From the IMG/VR virus record IMGVR_UViG_3300025671_000040: a stretch of 64,000 bases of DNA; one strand, given 5' to 3'. The stretch is from an uncultured virus (IMG/VR IMGVR_UViG_3300025671_000040) (Duplodnaviria; Heunggongvirae; Uroviricota; Caudoviricetes). The translations under genes were made by a program, and so were the position numbers. The stretch's first letter is position 1, and each line of letters begins with the position of its first letter. The notes beneath the pieces were generated by a model that did no database searches, had not been told where the DNA came from, and saw nothing but the letters and a program-made list of their open reading frames with translations. Positions 44,719-56,700 of the stretch are shown here, piece by piece.

Positions 44719-45728
44719 GCCACAATCATATCGTGCGGAGCGGACTCACGCAAGGAGGCGTTGGAAACTTTCATAAACGTAGCGTTGTTATGAAGCTCAA
44801 GAATGTTCTTCGCTCCCACATAGCTGCAAGTAGACTTAATGCCTCGCTCCAACCCTTCAACGATGGATTCAACGCTGCCCTTGTAGTCAACGTAGCCTGA
44901 CACGCCCTCGGGGTAGTCAGAGCCTGCGGCTGTTGAAGCCATACCACGGTAAGCCTTTACCTTCTTGCCGTCAACTTCCATGATCTCGCCTGGGGCCTCG
45001 TCGGTGCCTGCAAACATGTTGCCAATCATGACGGCATCCGCTCCAGCACCGAGCGCCTTAGCAGCGTCGCCTGGAGTCTTAATACCGCCATCAGCAATAA
45101 TCTGCACATCATAGGCGTCGGCGGCTTCAGCACAATCAGCAATAGCAGTTAGCTGCGGAACGCCAACACCTGTTACAACCCTGGTCGAGCAAGCACCGCC
45201 CGGACCGATACCGACCTTAACGACATTAGCACCAGCTTCAGCAAAGTCAGCAACACCCTGACCGGTAGCAACATTACCACCGACAATCGTCACTTCGTGA
45301 TCAAACTGATCCTTAATGTAGTGGATAGCGTCCAATGCGTGAGCGCTGTGGCCGTGGGCAATATCTAGGACAACGATCTTAGTTCGCCAATTGTTGACCT
45401 CTCTAATTACCGTATCAAGGTCGTCGTTGACGCCAAACGCTACAGCAGTGCGGTTAGTTCTACCTGCCACACAACCAAATCGGGACGCTAGCGGATCCAT
45501 AGTCTTCAGAGGGATGTTGCGGTGAATTACACCGAAACCTCCCAAACGATCCAAAGCTCCAGCCATTTCATGCCCGCAAACAGTATCCATGTTGGCAGCG
45601 ATTATAGGAATCCGCATATCAACATGGCCTAAACGAGTAGACAAATCTACGTCTGACCGGCTACGAACTTCCGAATACCGAGGAACAATAAGGACATCTT
45701 CGAAAGAAAGTCCTTCAGTTTCAGTCAT
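44715..45728 (-). CDS. IMP dehydrogenase/GMP reductase-family protein without CBS domains
   Basis: [36 protein letters not shown]. Confidence 0.9.
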   Translation of the reverse strand: MTETEGLSFEDVLIVPRYSEVRSRSDVDLSTRLGHVDMRIPIIAANMDTVCGHEMAGALDRLGGFGVIHRNIPLKTMDPLASRFGCVAGRTNRTAVAFGVNDDLDTVIREVNNWRTKIVVLDIAHGHSAHALDAIHYIKDQFDHEVTIVGGNVATGQGVADFAEAGANVVKVGIGPGGACSTRVVTGVGVPQLTAIADCAEAADAYDVQIIADGGIKTPGDAAKALGAGADAVMIGNMFAGTDEAPGEIMEVDGKKVKAYRGMASTAAGSDYPEGVSGYVDYKGSVESIVEGLERGIKSTCSYVGAKNILELHNNATFMKVSNASLRESAPHDMIVA

Positions 45729-45954
45729 CTTCAACATATGTTTGCTTCACCTGCTTAAGGTCGTATTCTTCTACAATTGTCCTCCGCACGTCTCTGTACT
45801 CGCTCTTAGACGAATAGCAGAACGATTCTAAAGTACCCGTACTGTTTGTCAGTACACACAGGTCACTGTCGTAGCAGGCGTACCATGTCGTGTAGCTACG
45901 ATCATAATACAGCCTATCGGGCACGGACTCGTAAAGATCTTCTTCAAGTGTCAT
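45721..45954 (-). CDS. Hypothetical protein
   Basis: Fills the operon gap. Confidence 0.5.
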   Translation of the reverse strand: MTLEEDLYESVPDRLYYDRSYTTWYACYDSDLCVLTNSTGTLESFCYSSKSEYRDVRRTIVEEYDLKQVKQTYVEDD

Positions 45955-45958
45955 ATTA

Positions 45959-46717
45959 TTACGGGACGATTGAGGGACGTTCGACCTGTTCAGAAACTCG
46001 GGTTCTACTGTACGACTTGCAGTCGTTGCACTGCCACTGCTGATACGTAGCGACCTGGGTGTAACGTACACCTCGCTTTTGTAGCTTGCTAGAGCCACAA
46101 GTCGGGCAGTTATGTCCACCATCATACACGTTAAGGTTCGGGTGGTTCGTCATCCAAGGACGCAACTTCATGTAAACTTTGCGGAGCAAATCAACATCCT
46201 GCTTAGCGTACTTAATCATCAACTTCCAATACTTCATGTCGCCACGCATACAGCCTGCCCAAGTTTCAAACCCTCCCGTAGAAACCTTACGACCAACACC
46301 TAGATGATCGCCCAGATGATCCAGCTTGTTACTGTTGAACATAAAGTACCTACGAGCGGCCTTCAAAGTATCTACAGACTTAACAGGAGAAGCCGGACCT
46401 AAGCCGTGGGCAACAAAACGAGCGTTAGCCTTACGCATATCGAACCTATCGCCGTTGTGTGCGATCACAATATCAGCTTCGTCAAACAGTTCCCACAGCT
46501 TCTTAACGACAGGGAAATCGTTTTCTGGATCCTTCTTGTAGAAGGAAGGGAAGTCAACAAGAGAAGTCACATGTGTCTTGTTCTCATGCTCCCAACGGTA
46601 CGAAACACAAAGCATATACCATTCCCGCTCGTGCGCAATCACGTTCTGCTCGTACTGTCCCCACACCATACTGAGGTTCGGTGCGGTCTCGATATCGTAG
46701 TATAAGATTTTTGCCAT
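45959..46717 (-). CDS. RNase H-like (DnaQ-type) exonuclease with C-terminal zinc ribbon
   Basis: YDIET, HNGDRFD, YAKQDV; CPTC...CNDC. Confidence 0.9.
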   Translation of the reverse strand: MAKILYYDIETAPNLSMVWGQYEQNVIAHEREWYMLCVSYRWEHENKTHVTSLVDFPSFYKKDPENDFPVVKKLWELFDEADIVIAHNGDRFDMRKANARFVAHGLGPASPVKSVDTLKAARRYFMFNSNKLDHLGDHLGVGRKVSTGGFETWAGCMRGDMKYWKLMIKYAKQDVDLLRKVYMKLRPWMTNHPNLNVYDGGHNCPTCGSSKLQKRGVRYTQVATYQQWQCNDCKSYSRTRVSEQVERPSIVP

Positions 46718-46731
46718 TTGAATCACTGCTT

Positions 46732-46992
46732 TCAGTTTAACGCATCTACTTGTGAAAGGCAAGCTCTCAGTCGTTTAATGTCGTCTAGTTCGTAAAATTT
46801 GCTTCCCGCAGAAAAAAACGTTCTCCGGTTCTTTCTTTCTTTTTCCAATATGCCTTCTTGAACAAGTCGATCTAGTGCCCGCCAAACATGCTGATATCTA
46901 ATTCCTACTTTGTCAGCAATCTGTTGCTGTGTAAGATTAGGGTTCTCTAGCACGGTAACAAGCACTCTCGCATTAACTGTCAGAATCCTCAT
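46732..46992 (-). CDS. Winged-HTH (MarR-like) DNA-binding protein
   Basis: LTQQQIADKVGIRYQHVWRALDRLVQEGIL. Confidence 0.8.
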   Translation of the reverse strand: MRILTVNARVLVTVLENPNLTQQQIADKVGIRYQHVWRALDRLVQEGILEKERKNRRTFFSAGSKFYELDDIKRLRACLSQVDALN

Positions 46993-47488
46993 CGAAAGTC
47001 ACAGACTCCATAACGGACAAAGAAATGTCCATCTCGGCCAACTTACCCTCAAGAAACGCTGTCTTCTCCAAAGCAACATCAAGCTTAGCAAACGTGTCAG
47101 CAAGAACACTAGTCAGGTAGATAATCTTCTCATCAGTGGTCGGGATAGCACTCATCTTCTCAAGCACCGTAAACTCGGTCACATCATATTCTTCAACCTT
47201 TGAAGCAACAAACCTGCGGTACCCGCTGAGTAGCTTAGAGGTTCCCAGATCTGCGTCAGCAAGGCTAATCAGGAGACTCTCAAAGTCTCTACCGATCGTA
47301 AGTGTTGCGCCATCACGATTAACGTAGCCACGATCAATAAGCGGACGCAAAGCAGTATGGACCCATTTCTCATCGGTCCTGAACACGCCGTTCTTATTAA
47401 TCAGCAAATCTAAAGCACGGGTAACATCATCAGATCCTTGCTTACGGATCTGGTTGCTAACCGCTTCAGTTACTGTCTTCTTATCCAT
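46973..47488 (-). CDS. Hypothetical protein, probably leaderless
   Basis: TAGAAT 6 nt before the ATG. Confidence 0.65.
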   Translation of the reverse strand: MDKKTVTEAVSNQIRKQGSDDVTRALDLLINKNGVFRTDEKWVHTALRPLIDRGYVNRDGATLTIGRDFESLLISLADADLGTSKLLSGYRRFVASKVEEYDVTEFTVLEKMSAIPTTDEKIIYLTSVLADTFAKLDVALEKTAFLEGKLAEMDISLSVMESVTFDEDSDS

Positions 47489-47525
47489 GTCGCTATTCTA
47501 TAGTGGTTATAATCGACTGTCAAGG

Positions 47526-47885
47526 CTACCGTTTGCCGCCAAAATATTCGACGCCGTGGCCATTTGAAATGATGTCAGCATTCAGACAACTAGTCATATC
47601 TTCGTCGTTGTAAATATACCCTAAAATGCGACCATACTTTCCGCTACCGTCTTTCATCGTGCGGATATAGATTTCGTCGCTTTCGCTCAGCCAGTTCGAC
47701 ACATAGTCTTTAGCTGCTAGTCCTAGCGCTTTTTCTTCTAGATCTCTGGTTCTAGATTCGGGAGCGTTGACCCCGTGCAGCCGAACTCTTACTTTGTGGA
47801 AAACGTCAAAACCCAAGTCAATAATTAGATCAACGGTATCACCGTCAACTACTCTGTCAAGCTCGGCTTTGTAAAAGAATCGCAC
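47526..47885 (-). CDS. Thermonuclease (SNase-like)
   Basis: VVDGDT...RVRLHGVNAPE...GKYGR. Confidence 0.9.
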   Translation of the reverse strand: MRFFYKAELDRVVDGDTVDLIIDLGFDVFHKVRVRLHGVNAPESRTRDLEEKALGLAAKDYVSNWLSESDEIYIRTMKDGSGKYGRILGYIYNDEDMTSCLNADIISNGHGVEYFGGKR

Positions 47886-47910
47886 TATTCGTTTATTCCC
47901 TAGTAGCTGT

Positions 47911-48159
47911 TCAGCGGAACAAGGTGTCCCAAGTAATCTTGTCTACAATACCCGTACACTGAAGGCCGCTCTTTGACTGAAAAGCAGCGACAGCCTCCAG
48001 AGTCCTTCGACCATACCAGCCGTCCGCCTTAATACCCAAAACGTTCTGAACAGGACGCACAACATCCGATCTCAGGTTCTCATGCAAAGCACGGCCTGGA
48101 AAAGCCGGGGGCGCCGGTTTAGCAGGCGCAGTTTTTTTAACAGCTTTCTTTCTAGCCAT
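47911..48159 (-). CDS. Stand-alone peptidoglycan-binding domain protein
   Basis: DGWYGRRTLEAVAAFQ...GIVDKITW. Confidence 0.8.
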   Translation of the reverse strand: MARKKAVKKTAPAKPAPPAFPGRALHENLRSDVVRPVQNVLGIKADGWYGRRTLEAVAAFQSKSGLQCTGIVDKITWDTLFR

Positions 48160-48198
48160 GACACACTCCAAAATAGACTACACAAGTATTATAACACA

Positions 48199-48927
48199 TT
48201 ACCCGCACCAGCTGCCACTCATATGCCAAGGTTGCCACTTGCAGCCAGCCCAACTAGCAGCCGAATCAGCAATGTACTTGGCTTGCACCAGATTAGTGTA
48301 TGGGTCAAGCAAATCTTCACGAGTGATACCAAGACCAGTCAACCGGCTTCCGTGTGCGGCCCAGTTGATCTGAGTCAAACCATAATCTCTCGTAGGGCTA
48401 ATAGCCCCTGGCCGACAAGTAGACTCCTTGTACATGATCCGCCCGAGTTTCGGCAGGTCTTCTTCAGCCCAACCTGCAGAACGGGCCACATCCCACCATT
48501 CAGTGCACTGCGGAGTAGGGTTTGCGTTTGAAGATGCTCCTGAACTTACAGCCGGAGCGTCAGGAACGTTATCGGTACTCCAACCCATACCCTCTAACAG
48601 TTCAATATGGACGGATTGAGTTTGAGGACCGTACTGACCGTCTGCCGTGACCCCCAAGATGTCCTGTAGGGCTTCTACGTTATCTCCGCTTCCCCACGCA
48701 TATTCATCTAGCACAACTTCAATAACTGGCTGTAAAGCGGTCAAATCGACGGGCGCTACAGACGAATAGTCTTCAACTCGGCGTGGTGTAGGTGAAGGCT
48801 CTTCAGCTTCTTCAACCATGACAACAGACAGTGCCTGCGGCTCAGGATCATTAATATCTAACGGGTCATCGGCAGCACACCCTGAAAGCAGTAGCGCTGC
48901 GACAAGGGTAAGTGTTTTGGGAAACAT
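48199..48927 (-). CDS. Lipoprotein lytic transglycosylase (SLT-like) with PG-binding motif
   Basis: Lipobox LSGC; DGQYGPQT; KES...DYGLTQIN...DPYTN. Confidence 0.8.
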   Translation of the reverse strand: MFPKTLTLVAALLLSGCAADDPLDINDPEPQALSVVMVEEAEEPSPTPRRVEDYSSVAPVDLTALQPVIEVVLDEYAWGSGDNVEALQDILGVTADGQYGPQTQSVHIELLEGMGWSTDNVPDAPAVSSGASSNANPTPQCTEWWDVARSAGWAEEDLPKLGRIMYKESTCRPGAISPTRDYGLTQINWAAHGSRLTGLGITREDLLDPYTNLVQAKYIADSAASWAGCKWQPWHMSGSWCG

Positions 48928-49004
48928 ATGTAGCTCCTTTGATTGCTTCCAATATTGTATTGCATATTGGTTACGGAAGCAACCCTGTTTCCATAAACGT
49001 GGCG

Positions 49005-51764
49005 TTACTGTGCCTCTAGCGCAGCAATACGAGCCTCAAGCGCCGCAATCTTTTCCTCATGGGCCTGGAAGCCACGGTGCAGCAACGGAACAAACACCGA
49101 CGACTTCACCGACAGAATGCCTCGCTCAGCATCTAGCTTCACAAACCCAGGCTTGACGGTCTGGACCTGCTGGGCATCCCAACCCGTCATCGTTGTTGCT
49201 TCGTCCCGATCCACGATGATCGGGTCGCCGTTGTCGTCAATGCCAGTTGAGGTTTTGGACAGGTCGTACTTGATGACGTTGATCGCCATGAGATCGTCGG
49301 TCGGGTCTTTGTACGCAACGATGTTCGTCTTCAGACGGTTGTCGGAGATGCTGCCGTACACGCCCGTGTCGGAGGCGGTGTCACCGTCGCCGTACACAAG
49401 CCATTGCAGGTCGGCAGTTGAACCGTTGTCAGAGTAGAGAGCAAGGATGCCGTCTGTAGCGCTAGTAGACGTGCGGTACATTTCGTGCGCTCCGCTGGCC
49501 TTCACCGAGAAGGCACGGGTGCTGTTGCCGCTCAAACCCGTCGAACTGTTCTGGATATACATGCGGGCTGCGCCACCCGTGGTAAACCCAAGACGGTCAG
49601 CGCCAACACGATACACGCCGCTGTTCGTGTCGTTAGCAAACGAAAACACTGGCACACTTGCACTACCGTTACTTCCCCTGAAGTAATCAGAATACGTTTG
49701 CGCCCACCGAACTGACGACGTTCCCAAGTCATACGTTGAGTCGGCATACGGAATGAAGTCGCCGCCGCTCGTAAAGTACGCACGGTACGCACCGTTGACG
49801 TAGAAGAAAATCTGGTTGCTGGACTCTTGGAACAAGATGCGTTCGTTTGAGTCGTTGCCAACAAAGAAGTTCGTGTTTGACGTGCCAGTCAGGTCGCCGT
49901 CCAACGTCAAGTTCCCCGTAAACCTGCCTGTGCCATTTACGTCCAGCGTGTAAGACGGCGAACCTGTGCCGATGCCAACATTGCCCTCAAAGTGATTGTT
50001 TCCGAACCCGCTCCCCGTCCAATAGCCCCACCTTACTGAGTTCGTAGACGCATCAGGGGCAATGAATCCATACTCTGAAAGCGTGCCGCCTGTAGACGAA
50101 ATCCTAAGCTGATCGACTGTATCGCCACCTGCAAAAAGATGCAGAGCTGTAGCAGGCGTCGTGGTGCCGATACCGACACGATCAGTTGAAGCATCCACAA
50201 ACAACGTGTCCGTATCAACCACAAGATCACCAGTAACCGTCAACTCATCAGCAGCCCGAGAACCATCAACCAACAAATACTGCGTATGATCATCATCACC
50301 CAAACCAGTCAAATTACCATGATCCACCACAGCCGCAGCCGTGCTCGTAGCAGACGACAACGCCCTACGATAATCATCAACCTCAACAAAATAAGCGCCC
50401 GGAGTGTTCGAACCAAACTGTCGATAAATAACCTTATACAACACCCGCAACTCAACCACCGGCAAATCAGTCAAGTCCATAGAATCCCAAGTCACCGCCT
50501 CAGCATCACCCACATTTGTGTAATAATCCTGACCCATAATCGCAATCACAGGATAATTCAACTGATTAGTTGCCACGATCCAACTAATACCATAATTATT
50601 TGAAGTGATCTCAGGAGTGCTCCATGTACCGCCAGAGTTCAAATTATAAGTCGGCCTTGGAGTGCCGCCATACTTCAAAGGAAAGTTAGTCGGAGCGTCA
50701 TAAGTCCACCCAGTAGTACCACTCTGATAAAACACAGGAATCTGAGCAGGCCCCTGCAAATCTTGCTCCCACGTATTCGCCGTGGGCGTATCAGAATGAA
50801 CAATATCTACCTGCAAGTCCTCATCAAAGAACGTGCCATTAGCAATATCAATGTACGCCTGATCGTCAGTGCTTCCATCTTTCGTAGAAACATCAAAATT
50901 GGACGCGTCGAAGCCATTAGCAATCGCCGCTCCACGGGTTCGATGCAGATATTCGTGCGTCTGCCAATCCAAAACAATACCGTGCCGCTCATCAAACAGC
51001 ATGTACTTAGCAGGCTCACCAGAGTTGTAGTGAATGTAGGCAGTGGGGGTTTCTGAATCCCACTGGTAAAATGTCGTAGTAGCCTGCAACACGCCGTCAG
51101 CGTCAAACGAAATGTAGTACAAATCTGAAGAACTGCCAATAACTACGCTCTCAGGAGCAGTCTTAACAAACTTCTGACCGGCACACCAAACCACATAACT
51201 ATCACCTACGGGAGCAATAGTGAAAGTTCTCGTGGAATAATCAAAAGAGATAACGCTCTCAGATTTATCTTCATGGCCGATAGGTTCGCCGCCGTCACCA
51301 TTCGCAGTTGTGATCACTTCAGAGATAGGGACAAGTTTGGGTTCGCCGCTGTCGCTATCATCACTGATGACTACTTTGTCGTCGTACGCTAATGTTACGG
51401 TTGTGAGTTCGCTTGGTTCAAAATCTACGGTAACGTCCCCAGAAGTCCCACCGCCGCTAATACCTATACCGGCAGTAACCGAAGTAATGTCTCCTGCAGG
51501 GTCACCAGTATTTCCTGAATCGGCCACGCCCGTAAACGCAACAAACGAACCAGACTTGCCCTCCAAAAACCCAACAAACACAAGATCCCCGGCAGCAGGC
51601 GTAGGACCCGCATACGGAACACCCTCGTACACGTTATTCAAACCAAGCTTAGGGATCTTCACCCTTAGCAAGTCATCATCACCAACCGAAACAACCGTGG
51701 CACGAAAAATACCGTTACGGGGGACACTTGAACTTGCAGATGTGTTAAAACTTGTTCTTCTCAC
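49005..51764 (-). CDS. Baseplate spike (OB-fold N-terminus) fused to a fibre and S74-like chaperone
   Basis: GIFRATVV...RVKIP...PAAGDLVFVGFLEG; VGIGTTTP repeats; SDNRLKTNI...IAALEARIAALE. Confidence 0.8.
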   Translation of the reverse strand: MRRTSFNTSASSSVPRNGIFRATVVSVGDDDLLRVKIPKLGLNNVYEGVPYAGPTPAAGDLVFVGFLEGKSGSFVAFTGVADSGNTGDPAGDITSVTAGIGISGGGTSGDVTVDFEPSELTTVTLAYDDKVVISDDSDSGEPKLVPISEVITTANGDGGEPIGHEDKSESVISFDYSTRTFTIAPVGDSYVVWCAGQKFVKTAPESVVIGSSSDLYYISFDADGVLQATTTFYQWDSETPTAYIHYNSGEPAKYMLFDERHGIVLDWQTHEYLHRTRGAAIANGFDASNFDVSTKDGSTDDQAYIDIANGTFFDEDLQVDIVHSDTPTANTWEQDLQGPAQIPVFYQSGTTGWTYDAPTNFPLKYGGTPRPTYNLNSGGTWSTPEITSNNYGISWIVATNQLNYPVIAIMGQDYYTNVGDAEAVTWDSMDLTDLPVVELRVLYKVIYRQFGSNTPGAYFVEVDDYRRALSSATSTAAAVVDHGNLTGLGDDDHTQYLLVDGSRAADELTVTGDLVVDTDTLFVDASTDRVGIGTTTPATALHLFAGGDTVDQLRISSTGGTLSEYGFIAPDASTNSVRWGYWTGSGFGNNHFEGNVGIGTGSPSYTLDVNGTGRFTGNLTLDGDLTGTSNTNFFVGNDSNERILFQESSNQIFFYVNGAYRAYFTSGGDFIPYADSTYDLGTSSVRWAQTYSDYFRGSNGSASVPVFSFANDTNSGVYRVGADRLGFTTGGAARMYIQNSSTGLSGNSTRAFSVKASGAHEMYRTSTSATDGILALYSDNGSTADLQWLVYGDGDTASDTGVYGSISDNRLKTNIVAYKDPTDDLMAINVIKYDLSKTSTGIDDNGDPIIVDRDEATTMTGWDAQQVQTVKPGFVKLDAERGILSVKSSVFVPLLHRGFQAHEEKIAALEARIAALEAQ

Positions 51765-52984
51765 AATGCCGCCTTAATCATTGCCCAGTCGTCAGCGTCA
51801 ATCACACCGGTAACCGGCAATCCGTTTAGTTCTTGATATTTTCGTACAGCTCTTGCTGTCTGTGGTCCAAAAACGCCGTCAATCGCTAAACGATAGTTCA
51901 CTGTCTTAACATAAGATGTGTTGATCAAGTTAACGCCGATGCTTGTTAACCCTTCGATTTCTTGAGCAGTCAGCTGGACTGTTACCTGCTTCCGACCATT
52001 ATACGAAGCAGCTACTGCCTGCTGAATACGCTTAACACACTCACCACGAGAACCCTCAGCAAACGTCTGAATCTCACACTGCATATCGTCAGAATCTTCA
52101 GGACACGTACCAGAAATACTAACAAACCCTGATTTTGTTGTATCGTAACTTACTCGATCAACCATAAACTTTTTATCAAAGTTATTTAAACCTTTAATTG
52201 TCACACCCAAACCCGGAAACACAGTGATTGATGACGTAGACTTTAACAAATTGACATTGCAGGTCGCTGCCGAATTGGTACTGTCAGCAGATCTACGAAC
52301 AGTCAGATTTGCTGCAAAAAACGGGTCATCTTCGTTAGATGGAACATTGATTTCGATAGAAGGCTGCCGGTCTAGAATGAATTCTTCAGAAGCAAAAAAC
52401 AGTACACCATTAGCTTCAAAAAACATGAACTCTGCATCTCGGGCTAAACGAGTAAGAACGTCGTATGTTGACTCTTCTTTCTGCTCATTTTGTTCTCGAA
52501 CGATATTACCATCAACCGGTGTATCTTCGCCAAAAAACTCTAAACCAAACTTAGCAGCCGTTGCCGCTGCAAAGGCTGTAGGAGAAATTCGCCCAAACGA
52601 CTCTTGCCCCTTTTCTCTACGCATTTGCTGCAGCCTGCGAGTACGAGCAGTAATTCTTACCGTGTCATTAGCTCCGTGCTCCGCCGATACAGCAGCAATT
52701 TCAAAATCAACCGTCTTGACTGAAATAGTAACATCATCGCCATCCCTGTCTTCGATCTCTAAAGTAGCAGGCAAAACAAACGCAACACGTCTACCAATCA
52801 TGAAGTAATTACTATTAAGCATTTTAAAGCCGGGATCATAAACATGAAGCTTTAGCTCGCTAACCATTCGAGCAGACATATCAAACTGAGCAGACAATAC
52901 CGATTCCCGAACAAGAACGGTTTCATCACCAATTTCACCAATATACAGATACTCATTGTCTGTGAAAGCTGCAGAAATAGTCAT
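51761..52984 (-). CDS. Baseplate hub (gpD/gp27-like) with C-terminal PG-binding domain
   Basis: ESTYDVLTRLARDAEF motif; DGVFGPQTARAVRKYQ. Confidence 0.75.
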   Translation of the reverse strand: MTISAAFTDNEYLYIGEIGDETVLVRESVLSAQFDMSARMVSELKLHVYDPGFKMLNSNYFMIGRRVAFVLPATLEIEDRDGDDVTISVKTVDFEIAAVSAEHGANDTVRITARTRRLQQMRREKGQESFGRISPTAFAAATAAKFGLEFFGEDTPVDGNIVREQNEQKEESTYDVLTRLARDAEFMFFEANGVLFFASEEFILDRQPSIEINVPSNEDDPFFAANLTVRRSADSTNSAATCNVNLLKSTSSITVFPGLGVTIKGLNNFDKKFMVDRVSYDTTKSGFVSISGTCPEDSDDMQCEIQTFAEGSRGECVKRIQQAVAASYNGRKQVTVQLTAQEIEGLTSIGVNLINTSYVKTVNYRLAIDGVFGPQTARAVRKYQELNGLPVTGVIDADDWAMIKAAL

Positions 52985-53022
52985 GATAGTATTCTACCTA
53001 CTTAAAAACAAGCAATCCAGTA

Positions 53023-53787
53023 TTATTCGTCGGGTTCGATAATATCGGCATCTGGAACAAGACGGTCAAGAATCACCGACGCTTGGCTGTCCACAATAAT
53101 CGTAATTCCTTCGCCACCTTCTCCCGGAGGAGGAAGAGCAGAACCAATAGGGGTAGGGGCGTTAGGAGTAAACGTGATTGCCGCTAACTCGACAATCCTC
53201 TGGTCATACAGCGGCGTTTCTGTCAACTGCAAATCTACAGAAACCTGCGTAGGATTACCATCAAGGTCTCTACGATTCGTGGTGAACGAAAACTTGGTGA
53301 TTGTTACACTATATGGAACCGCCGAAACTCCATACACAAACTTGCATGGGATCGAGTTGGCGGCAATAAGCTCAATCTTATCTAAGATCTCAATAACAGG
53401 AAACGGATCACAACCACCGGTTACTTTATCTGCAATGAGGGCCGAAAACGTAACCGTCTTCAACGACGGGTTCTCAAAAACAAGCAAAGGAGCTTTTCCG
53501 GGCCTCGGAACCTTTTTCGTAACACCAGCGTACTCATCAAACTGTATATTCTGAGGACCATACGGAAACTCTACCTGAAAGTCTTCCCACGTTGTGCCGT
53601 CCGGAAGACTATAATTAAAAGGACCAACATTTACCGTAGTAGTCGCACCTTCATCGTCTGTTTGCGTTTTAGTAGGCTGAAACGGTTTGAGTACGGCACG
53701 GCCAGGATTCACCGAGTGGTAATCCATCGTGTCAAAAATATCTATTTGATTTGTTATGTCAACTACTTTTTGTTGCAAAATAGACAT
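53023..53787 (-). CDS. Tail tube initiator-like protein
   Basis: Position after the tape measure gene; RPGKAP and VDLQLTE. Confidence 0.6.
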   Translation of the reverse strand: MSILQQKVVDITNQIDIFDTMDYHSVNPGRAVLKPFQPTKTQTDDEGATTTVNVGPFNYSLPDGTTWEDFQVEFPYGPQNIQFDEYAGVTKKVPRPGKAPLLVFENPSLKTVTFSALIADKVTGGCDPFPVIEILDKIELIAANSIPCKFVYGVSAVPYSVTITKFSFTTNRRDLDGNPTQVSVDLQLTETPLYDQRIVELAAITFTPNAPTPIGSALPPPGEGGEGITIIVDSQASVILDRLVPDADIIEPDE

Positions 53788-53798
53788 AAGTCACCTCT

Positions 53799-56700
53799 TT
53801 ATGTAGCGCCAGTTATAGCCGAAAGCGCAACTCCACCACGCTCAAGGGTAAACGTGCCATCAGTAACAGTAATTCCCTCTGTTCTAAGATAATTAATATC
53901 TGCAGCGATCGCTGCAAGCGAAATATTTCTCTCATTATCCAACGTCTCATCCATATCGAAGAAACCTGACTCTGCTAGAGACCTAAGAAGAATAGCACTA
54001 GTGTCGGCACCTGCGTTGGCGGTCTCTACTTGGGTAAACAAGTCTGCTGTACTGAACCGCACGGCGTCGTAGCCGCTCATCCCCAATTCAGCGAGCAAAG
54101 CTTTCCTGATAGCGTAATTAGACTTACCAGTCGGAGCAACCCCTGCATCTTCAAGACTCGCAAATCTTTCAGAACCAGTCAAACCACTACTAAGATTAAG
54201 TGCCCCACGAATCGCAGACCGTTCAGCAAGAAACGTCTCAATACCACGAAGCTCGCCAGTGCCCGGTGTCCCAATAATTCGGTCATCTCCAGCAAACTGC
54301 ATAATTCGCTCTAACGGAATAGCGTAAGCCTGACTCATAGCGGTAGCTGATTCAAGCGTACCAGACGCCAGCATCGCCATAAGCGTCTCCTGATTATCTG
54401 TAGACAAGTGACCCATAACTTGTTCCATAAGCTCAAAGTTTGAAGAAAAGCCTGCAACGTCAGGAGACACACCCATGACTACTTCATACGCCGCAAACGC
54501 TTCAAATGCGTCACGAACCAAGTCAACAGTTAACTTATCAGCATTAGCTAACGTAGTAAACGCTGCGTTCGCCGTGGCTCTAGCTTCCGCCTGCCCCAAC
54601 GGTGAAGTAGAAAAACTAGGGAAAAACGCACGGTTTCTGTCAATCAAAGGAAGCATCTGCGCTGCAAAAACGGCAGTAGCGCCTGCAGCGTTCATCAAAC
54701 CATCAGCTAAATCAATCCCCAACGAGTCCGCAACAGACTCAATTTCCTCACTTGTCATCTGTGTCGTACGTTTCAGCATCTGCAGGTTCGACTCAAAGTT
54801 AAGGCTTTCTTCTTCCCACATCTCAAACGTACGTTTAAGTTCTTGGCCCAGAGGACCCACTCCGGTCAAGGCATCATAAAATTCTTGATCGTTAAGTACT
54901 GATAAATCTTTGCCTTGTGATTGGAAAAATGCGGTCAGGTCTTTCGCTGCTTGAGACTCTCTATCAAAGAAGAAACGCTCTTCACCGTAAAATGAATTAC
55001 CAAAGCTTACAGTATCGTTCACAAAGTAATTGAGCTTTTCAAAAAAGCCGCCGCCTCCGTTACCTCTAGTCTCACCAAACAAGATATCATTATAAACAAT
55101 GTCCCTCTCCGTCGTATCTATCAAATCTCTGTAACTTTGCCGAAGGGCACGACCCTCTTCCCGCCTAGCCCTAAAATCTGCGAAAGACCCGCCACCCAAA
55201 GACATATCTCGTAAAGAAAGTACCGCACCAGAAACAGCATCTTCAGCACGAGCTGCCCGAGCGTTCTCACCCAAAATGCCAGTTATGGAAGCAGCCAGCA
55301 AACCAGCCGCAGCACCAACAGCCATACCCGGCAGTCCAAACGAAGAACCCATCATAACGCCGCCACCAATCATGGCTGCTGTGTTACCGCCACTTGGTCC
55401 CGACTGAAGAGTGTTTAACCCTCCCATCAGACCAATCGACCCACCCATAAGCATCGTGCCGTTTCTCGTACCAGTCAAAAAGTTAACCCCACTCCGGGCA
55501 CCCTCAGCAATCTCAACACGGTTCTTAATCAACTTGCCAACAGCCATAGGGTTCTTCAAGCCCAGGAACAACCCCAACAGGCCCAAACCGCCAGCAGCAC
55601 CACCAATCTTACCAATACCCATAAGAGCACCAATAACCCTAGCAAGATGACCAACAACAGGAGCAACAATATCGTTCAAAACAGCAGCTAAACCAGACAC
55701 CGCATTAGGAAGCTGCTCTAAAATAGGCATCAACGCCTCTAAAAACTTACCAATCGCCGGAATAAAATCAGAAGCAACCCGATTCATAATATCTGAAAAC
55801 AAATCTAACTTACCAAAGAACCCTGACTGACCCGCTTTCAACAAATCAAAAATAGCGCCAAACACGTTACCAATAGACGCACCAAACGTCTGGAAAGCCT
55901 CAGCGTTCTTAACAACCAAATCACTAAACGACCTAAACAAACCACGACCGCCACCCGTAGCGCCCATGGCCCTAAACATCTCAATAACCACATCAGCAGC
56001 AGGCTCAAACTGAACCAAGAACGCTCCAATACCACGGAAGAAATCACGCACACTCCGGAAGAATCCTACGAAGCTTTCACCCATCTGCTCAATGTTTTCA
56101 AGATGATCAAAGATGTTACTCCGAATGAAGTCAATCGTTTTCTCAACAAGAGTGACCAACGTGGGGGCGAACGAATCCGCACCAAAACGTTGAATAAGTA
56201 GCGACATGCCCACGAAGTTTTCACGAATAATCCTGGCCATGTCCATCATTGCGTCACGGAACGGGTTCAGAAGCGGCTGACCCATATCCGCAAACATGTT
56301 CTTCATGCCTGAAAATTCTGTTTTAGCCGTACCGATAAACGTACCGGCAAGTCCAGCGCCTACGCCCCGATAATTTTCAGATACGATAGATCCGCTGGAA
56401 AGTGCAGCCAGTAGCTGATTTGTTGAAAGACCCTCTTGTAAAGACCCTGACCGGAACCCGGCAGCACCACTGAGTGCTGAACGTAATTCTGCAGAGTCTT
56501 TAGAACCGATTGCTTTTGCAATTGCTTGAACGGCTGCAGCGTCTCCGCCGGTCAGGTTAACGAGCTGACGTGCGATACCACCCGAGGCTGTCGGTGAAAC
56601 TCCTGCTTTTGCGAGACCTGCCAACAGGGCGGTTGTGGCTTCACCACCAAGAAGACCTGTTGTTCTAGAACCAAGGCTACGGCTAAGCAAAGCTGAGTTT

